Shown in pieces: positions 59,593-64,000 of a stretch of DNA of 64,000 bases. Under the pieces are notes generated by a model, which was not told where the DNA came from, ran no database searches, and saw nothing but the letters and a program-made list of their open reading frames with translations. The first letter of the stretch is position 1. Each line of letters begins with the position of its first letter. The position numbers and the translations under genes were made by a program. This DNA is from an uncultured Verrucomicrobiae bacterium (GTDB lineage Bacteria > Verrucomicrobiota > Verrucomicrobiia > Chthoniobacterales > JAFAMB01): assembly GCA_963837955.1 (NCBI GenBank), contig CAWIPH010000002.1:3968001-4032000 (forward strand). The letters are read 5' to 3'.

Positions 59593-59796
59593 AATAGCCG
59601 ATAGCAGATAGCCAATAGCCAATAGAGTGATGCGCGGGGACGGCGTCGCTTCCGACTTCGTCAACCAGTTCGCAAAGGTTCTGCTAAGACCTAGGCTCCG
59701 TCGAATAGGTGCGACGCCCGGAAGCAACCCAACGCGTTCCGAGGGGTCGAGCCAAAGATCCGATCGGCTATTGGCTATCTGCTATCTGCTATTTCA
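59593..59796. repeat. Inverted heptamer arrays (AATAGCC.. / TATCTGC..) bracketing a family B hairpin
   Basis: 59593-59627 and 59762-59796 are approximate reverse complements. Confidence 0.75.
59651..59709 (+). mobile_element. 59-bp mini-element inserted in a REP family B hairpin
   Basis: ggcgtcgct|tccgacttcg-N33-ggctccgtcgaatagg|tgcgacgcc; empty site ggcgtcgcttgcgacgcc at 7724-7741. Confidence 0.72.
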
Positions 59797-60712
59797 TTCG
59801 AGCTTCAGGCGAGAATGAGCGGTATGCGCTTGGAGGAATACCCACTTCTCGGCGGAAGATTTGCCCGAAATGGCTCGGGCTAGTGTAGCCCACATCGAGC
59901 CCTATCTCGATTACGCTTTTGTTTGTCTCTCTGAGCAGACGCCGAGCCTTCTCCATTCTTAAGTGAATGAAATACTGGGAAGGGGTCAGCCCGGTCGTCC
60001 TTTTGAAGAGGCGACTAAAATGGAACTCGCTCATCTCTGCTTCTCTGGCCAAACGGATCAAACTAAACCCCTCCTCCAGATGAGCTGCCATTAGTTCGGT
60101 GGTCTTGCGCAGCTTAAACCCTGGTAGTCCTCCCTTGTATTCCCGGACATCCTTCGTTAGCTCCGTGTAATTTCGCGCCAGGTGAACGGCCAGGGCTTGG
60201 GCGACTCCTTCCACAAACAACGGGCTGGCCGGACGACCGGATGCGACTTCTCCTCGCAGCCCTTCCAAGAGCGCAGCCAGAAATGTATCTTTGAAACCGG
60301 AGACATCCCGCAGATGGATCGTTTCCAGATTTTTCTCAAATACCTCTTCGATCGCCCGAGTGAAGACCGGCAATCCTAAATAAAGATGCATGGTCGCAAA
60401 AGGTTCAGGTCCGATTGATCTCCAACGTAGCTCATAAGGAGACTGGGAAGCGGTGAGGAAAAAATCTCCTGTTTCGACGCGAGTCTTGAGCCAAGGGCCG
60501 CCCAGTTCCCGTTCTTCGACCACCGCCGTTCCAGAGAGGACCCGCACAATGAATGGCTCGGCAACGCCCGGAACGATCTTACTCTCCCGCACTGGGTACT
60601 CAGAATAGATCCGGACTAACAGGTCTTTCCACCCATTGCTGGCGGCAATCAGTCTACCAGAGGTATGCCGATCGAAAGCTTCAGCCGACGTGCTTTCGGG
60701 AAGGGCCGTCAT
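59789..60712 (-). CDS. AraC family transcriptional regulator
   Basis: C-terminal double HTH: MSEFHFSRLFK..G..P.QY, VGYTSPSHF..FRREVG. Confidence 0.94.
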   Translation of the reverse strand: MTALPESTSAEAFDRHTSGRLIAASNGWKDLLVRIYSEYPVRESKIVPGVAEPFIVRVLSGTAVVEERELGGPWLKTRVETGDFFLTASQSPYELRWRSIGPEPFATMHLYLGLPVFTRAIEEVFEKNLETIHLRDVSGFKDTFLAALLEGLRGEVASGRPASPLFVEGVAQALAVHLARNYTELTKDVREYKGGLPGFKLRKTTELMAAHLEEGFSLIRLAREAEMSEFHFSRLFKRTTGLTPSQYFIHLRMEKARRLLRETNKSVIEIGLDVGYTSPSHFGQIFRREVGIPPSAYRSFSPEARMK

Positions 60713-60787
60713 AACTTAATCGGTAACCCGACCTCTCCCCAGATTCAAATCATCGCCTTACCAAGCGTGCAACCTCACTTCGCCGTT

Positions 60788-61813
60788 CTATGAAGAAAAT
60801 GGCCGACCTAGTCCTAGCTCGCGCAGCGCTTGTCGAAAAGCGATCGAAAAACGGTCGGCCTGAATATGTACCTCTTCCGCGAGTTCAAGTGGTAACTCCT
60901 CTGGGCGCTGATCCTCGACCATCGGCTGATCCTCATCCAAGACGGTTTGCTGAAAATCCACGTACTCCTGGACGGGAAGTTCTTTGTCGTGGTTACGTAG
61001 GATGAAGAAATAGATTCGGGATTTCCGCGCACTAATCGGACCCGGAATGTCATAGAGGATCGCGTCTCTCCCTGCCGGATGACGAATCCAGAGTCGAGAA
61101 CTGAAAAGGAGCGTTAGCTCATATTCATATTTCATTTTCGTCACGGCCGGTTTTTTGATGGCTAACGACTCTCGGTCAAGCTGCGGATAGGAAATGGTAA
61201 AGGACAGCGCCGCACCGTTCCGCTTCACGTCGTAGGGTTCTATCCTTGGCTCATCGGGGTTACCAAATGTATCGACGTGAACAAAGGACAAATGCGCGAC
61301 ATCGTTAAAGTTTTCCACGTGCCGAGTGGCTGCGGCATTCCAGATAGCTGGAGGCATTGGAATAATCTGCCAGGCGGCATCGTTGAATTCTGGCCATTCA
61401 GGCAAGGAAGGGGAGCTCTCGGCCGAAGAATCAAGCTGCGTCCAAATCAGCCCGTACCGCTCAACCGCTGGGTAAGTTTTCAGGTTCAGTCTGGTCGAAA
61501 TGGAGACCTTCGGATCCTGAGCCGGAATCAAAGTGCAAGCGCCTTTCCAGTTGTAACGGAATCCATGGTAAGGACAGATAATCTCGTCTGCTTGCAGTGT
61601 TCCTCGACTCAACCGCGCTCCCCGATGCAAACAAATGTCTCGAGCGACGGTTACTCCGTGCTCCGTTCGAAACACAACGAGATCGTGATCGAGTAAACGA
61701 CAAGCAAAAGGGCGTTCGTCCACTTCATGACTGTAGGCGACCGGATGCCAATGCCGGGCCAGCACCTGCCAATCTGGGGCACCAAAACTCTCGATTTGGG
61801 CAGGCCAGGGCAT
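60788..61813 (-). CDS. Rieske non-heme iron oxygenase alpha subunit (VanA/NdmA-like demethylase group)
   Basis: CLH..CPYHG Rieske ligands; ENFNDVAHLSFVH and ED mononuclear Fe motifs. Confidence 0.92.
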   Translation of the reverse strand: MPWPAQIESFGAPDWQVLARHWHPVAYSHEVDERPFACRLLDHDLVVFRTEHGVTVARDICLHRGARLSRGTLQADEIICPYHGFRYNWKGACTLIPAQDPKVSISTRLNLKTYPAVERYGLIWTQLDSSAESSPSLPEWPEFNDAAWQIIPMPPAIWNAAATRHVENFNDVAHLSFVHVDTFGNPDEPRIEPYDVKRNGAALSFTISYPQLDRESLAIKKPAVTKMKYEYELTLLFSSRLWIRHPAGRDAILYDIPGPISARKSRIYFFILRNHDKELPVQEYVDFQQTVLDEDQPMVEDQRPEELPLELAEEVHIQADRFSIAFRQALRELGLGRPFSS

Positions 61814-63414
61814 TACGGCAGAACCTCTTCCAGTGTCTCAATCATCGCGACTGGCTTACTCTTTCTGGTACAAAGAAAGCAAATCACTAAGAAGATGGCA
61901 GCTAGCGTGTAGCTGATAGCAAACTCGGGGGCTGCACACCATCCGATCTTGGTATCAATACCCTCGGGCGTCAGTTGAAACGCGTGGATCAAGCCAAAGA
62001 ATGAGAGAACCGCGCCGGCGAAAATCCAAATGGCCGCGAGGAGAAAACGACGGTCGGTCATGAAGGCGAGCGCAGCTGCCCAAAGCATCGAGGTTAGGAC
62101 CGCACCTTGACTAATGGAAATGAGACCGTAAATAGGCAGCTCTTCGCCGAAGGAGGTCGCAGCCTGAAATAAGCTGGAACCACCTTTCCTAACACCCAAG
62201 TCCACCAACTCGAGGGCCCAGGAGGCAAGCATCGGGATTAGTCCGAAGCAAACCGCGATAGCGTGATTCTTGGGAACTTCCGTGAAAGCTTGTCCTACCA
62301 TGGCTAGGCCAAACCAGATCACGATGATGGCTACGACCGCCAGTGGTACAAAGTGCAACACGAGAGGAACCACTCCGGTTATACAAATCAACATTGTTGT
62401 CACGCCGTTCAGAACCGAGTAGCCGGCGCGTGCTCCAAAAGATTTGTGCGCCATGTGGCCGAAATAGAGCGTCGTGGGGAACGCGCTGCCAAAAGCAGCG
62501 GCTCCCAACGTTGCCACACCGTTCATTAGTAGCGATGGTCGAGTTGGGTAGTCATCCCCAGCGACCTTCACACTCTCCAAGACCTGCAGGGACACAATCG
62601 TATCGAGCAAGCTCATCGAGAAAATAATCGGTAGGTATTTCCAACCTTCTCCCTGCCGAAGAAATTCCACCACGTTCACCGGCTTCGGTAGATAGAAACC
62701 AGGCGAAGTAATCGTCTGCGCATCTGGCAAATGGTAAAGGTTAAGCGCTCTCAAAATCAGCGCCGCGAAAATGCCGACTACAATACAAAGAAGAGCCGCT
62801 GGTATTCGTCCGGGCAAGCGCAGATGCGACGAGTAAAAGGTTAGGATAATAACTGCCGGCAACAAGGCGAGCGCCGGATTCTGAAAAATCTGAAAGACGA
62901 ACCCGAGACAAAGGAAGGCCAACGCGATTCCGGCCAGCGGACAAAGTAAAGCGGCTCTCGGCGTTGTGCGCCGCAGCCAGTCGGTGCAAAACGATCCGAC
63001 GGTCTGCACGATACCGCTGAGAAAGCAGCAGAGCATCCCCACCTGCCAGGTGAGTTCCGGATCCTTGGTCCGGTTGAATACCGGCACCATGATCAGAAAG
63101 ATATAAGCAAAAATCGTTGGCGTATTGACGCCAAATGGGATTGCCGTGACGTCCGAGCGGCCGGTTCTCTTGGCTAGCTGCCTTGCCTGCCAGGCGTAAA
63201 AGAGATTACCGCCAAGAATAGAGAGAGCGACCGCGGGCAGAATACGCTGCGTCACGAAATCTGAGGTAAAGCCACAAAGAGGCCCTAGTCCTACGATCAA
63301 CAAAAGATCCGGAAATCCGCTGAAAAACAGCGCAAAATAACCGTCCAGATCGCCGGGAACAAACCACTTTGCGCGAACCGACCCTGGTGAATCGCTGGTC
63401 GCAGCCACGCTCAT
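61813..63414 (-). CDS. NCS2-like (xanthine/uracil-type) permease
   Basis: GDLDGYFALF, TAIPFGVNTP, PTTLYFGH..KSFGARAGYS; many TM helices. Confidence 0.75.
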   Translation of the reverse strand: MSVAATSDSPGSVRAKWFVPGDLDGYFALFFSGFPDLLLIVGLGPLCGFTSDFVTQRILPAVALSILGGNLFYAWQARQLAKRTGRSDVTAIPFGVNTPTIFAYIFLIMVPVFNRTKDPELTWQVGMLCCFLSGIVQTVGSFCTDWLRRTTPRAALLCPLAGIALAFLCLGFVFQIFQNPALALLPAVIILTFYSSHLRLPGRIPAALLCIVVGIFAALILRALNLYHLPDAQTITSPGFYLPKPVNVVEFLRQGEGWKYLPIIFSMSLLDTIVSLQVLESVKVAGDDYPTRPSLLMNGVATLGAAAFGSAFPTTLYFGHMAHKSFGARAGYSVLNGVTTMLICITGVVPLVLHFVPLAVVAIIVIWFGLAMVGQAFTEVPKNHAIAVCFGLIPMLASWALELVDLGVRKGGSSLFQAATSFGEELPIYGLISISQGAVLTSMLWAAALAFMTDRRFLLAAIWIFAGAVLSFFGLIHAFQLTPEGIDTKIGWCAAPEFAISYTLAAIFLVICFLCTRKSKPVAMIETLEEVLP

Positions 63415-63415
63415 T

Positions 63416-64000
63416 TCAGGCGATTCCAAATTTAAGACCGAGGGTTTTCAGCCACTGCCGGTAAGCAATCGCTGTTCGATCCGATTTCAGATGCAGTTCG
63501 GCTTGCAAATCGAGCGGAAGCAATTCGGGTCGTTGCGACTCTACCACCGGAATGTCTTGGGCAGTGATTACATCTTGGAACTCGCGGAACCGCGCGTCGG
63601 GGATCCCAGCGTCGTAATTTATCGACAGAATCGCCCAAGCGATGCTCTCCGTTTGCGTCACCGGAGTGACGATGTCGATCATCGTAAATTTCTTTTCGCC
63701 TTGTATCTTACTGAATCGCGCCGTCAGCGGTCGTAAGACTTCGTAGTCATAACCGACGCGAGCCGGTTTGCCGCTCCCGTCGGGATCCGGTTGCCAGACT
63801 CCAATATCGTGTGCAGTCACTCCATCTGGCGAAGATTCAACTTCGTAATCGTCGATTTCGGTGTGGGCCGCATCGCCCAGGTAACCGGCATGCACAAAAG
63901 GAAAGTGTGCAACATCCAGAAAATTTTCGATCACTCGAGGTCCACTCGCCCGCATCGGATAGGGTCCCGCGGGGAACGAGCGGAAGCTCGGATCATCCCA
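63416..64000 (-). CDS. Second Rieske oxygenase alpha subunit (5' part outside window)
   Basis: ENFLDVAHFPFVH, QDIPVVESQRPELLPLD..ELHLKSD. Confidence 0.88.
   Translation of the reverse strand, partial: WDDPSFRSFPAGPYPMRASGPRVIENFLDVAHFPFVHAGYLGDAAHTEIDDYEVESSPDGVTAHDIGVWQPDPDGSGKPARVGYDYEVLRPLTARFSKIQGEKKFTMIDIVTPVTQTESIAWAILSINYDAGIPDARFREFQDVITAQDIPVVESQRPELLPLDLQAELHLKSDRTAIAYRQWLKTLGLKFGIA

Overview
Bacterial chromosomal window. Gene content and order suggest a Verrucomicrobia/PVC-type organism, but that is an inference. It carries housekeeping genes (dnaE, prs-rplY-pth-rpsF-ssb, purH-pdxJ-acpS-scpA, a PBP1A), LPS-type glycosyltransferases and a convergent FHA-ABC transporter / FHA-adenylate cyclase pair. 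It also has a SAM-I riboswitch-controlled ThrC-like + MoaD/CysO-like operon, SRP RNA, tRNA-Leu(TAG), an RND efflux system with a two-component system, and a Rieske oxygenase-permease-Rieske oxygenase cluster. An ~8.5 kb integrase-less island is bounded by tRNA-Leu and a 46-bp copy of its 3' half. Intergenic regions hold several REP/REPIN-like palindromic families and heptamer/decamer tandem repeats. Main unusual signals: (1) a 59-bp (or ~33-bp) mini-element with conserved ends and a variable core, inserted at hairpin apices of three different REP families; (2) a clean in-frame 36-bp inversion inside the RidA-family gene; (3) a duplicated GTAA-N23-TTAC operator candidate at both ABATE/CGNR regulator loci; (4) a PBP1A whose SxxK motif reads TxxT. 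All calls come from manual motif recognition; no database searches were run.
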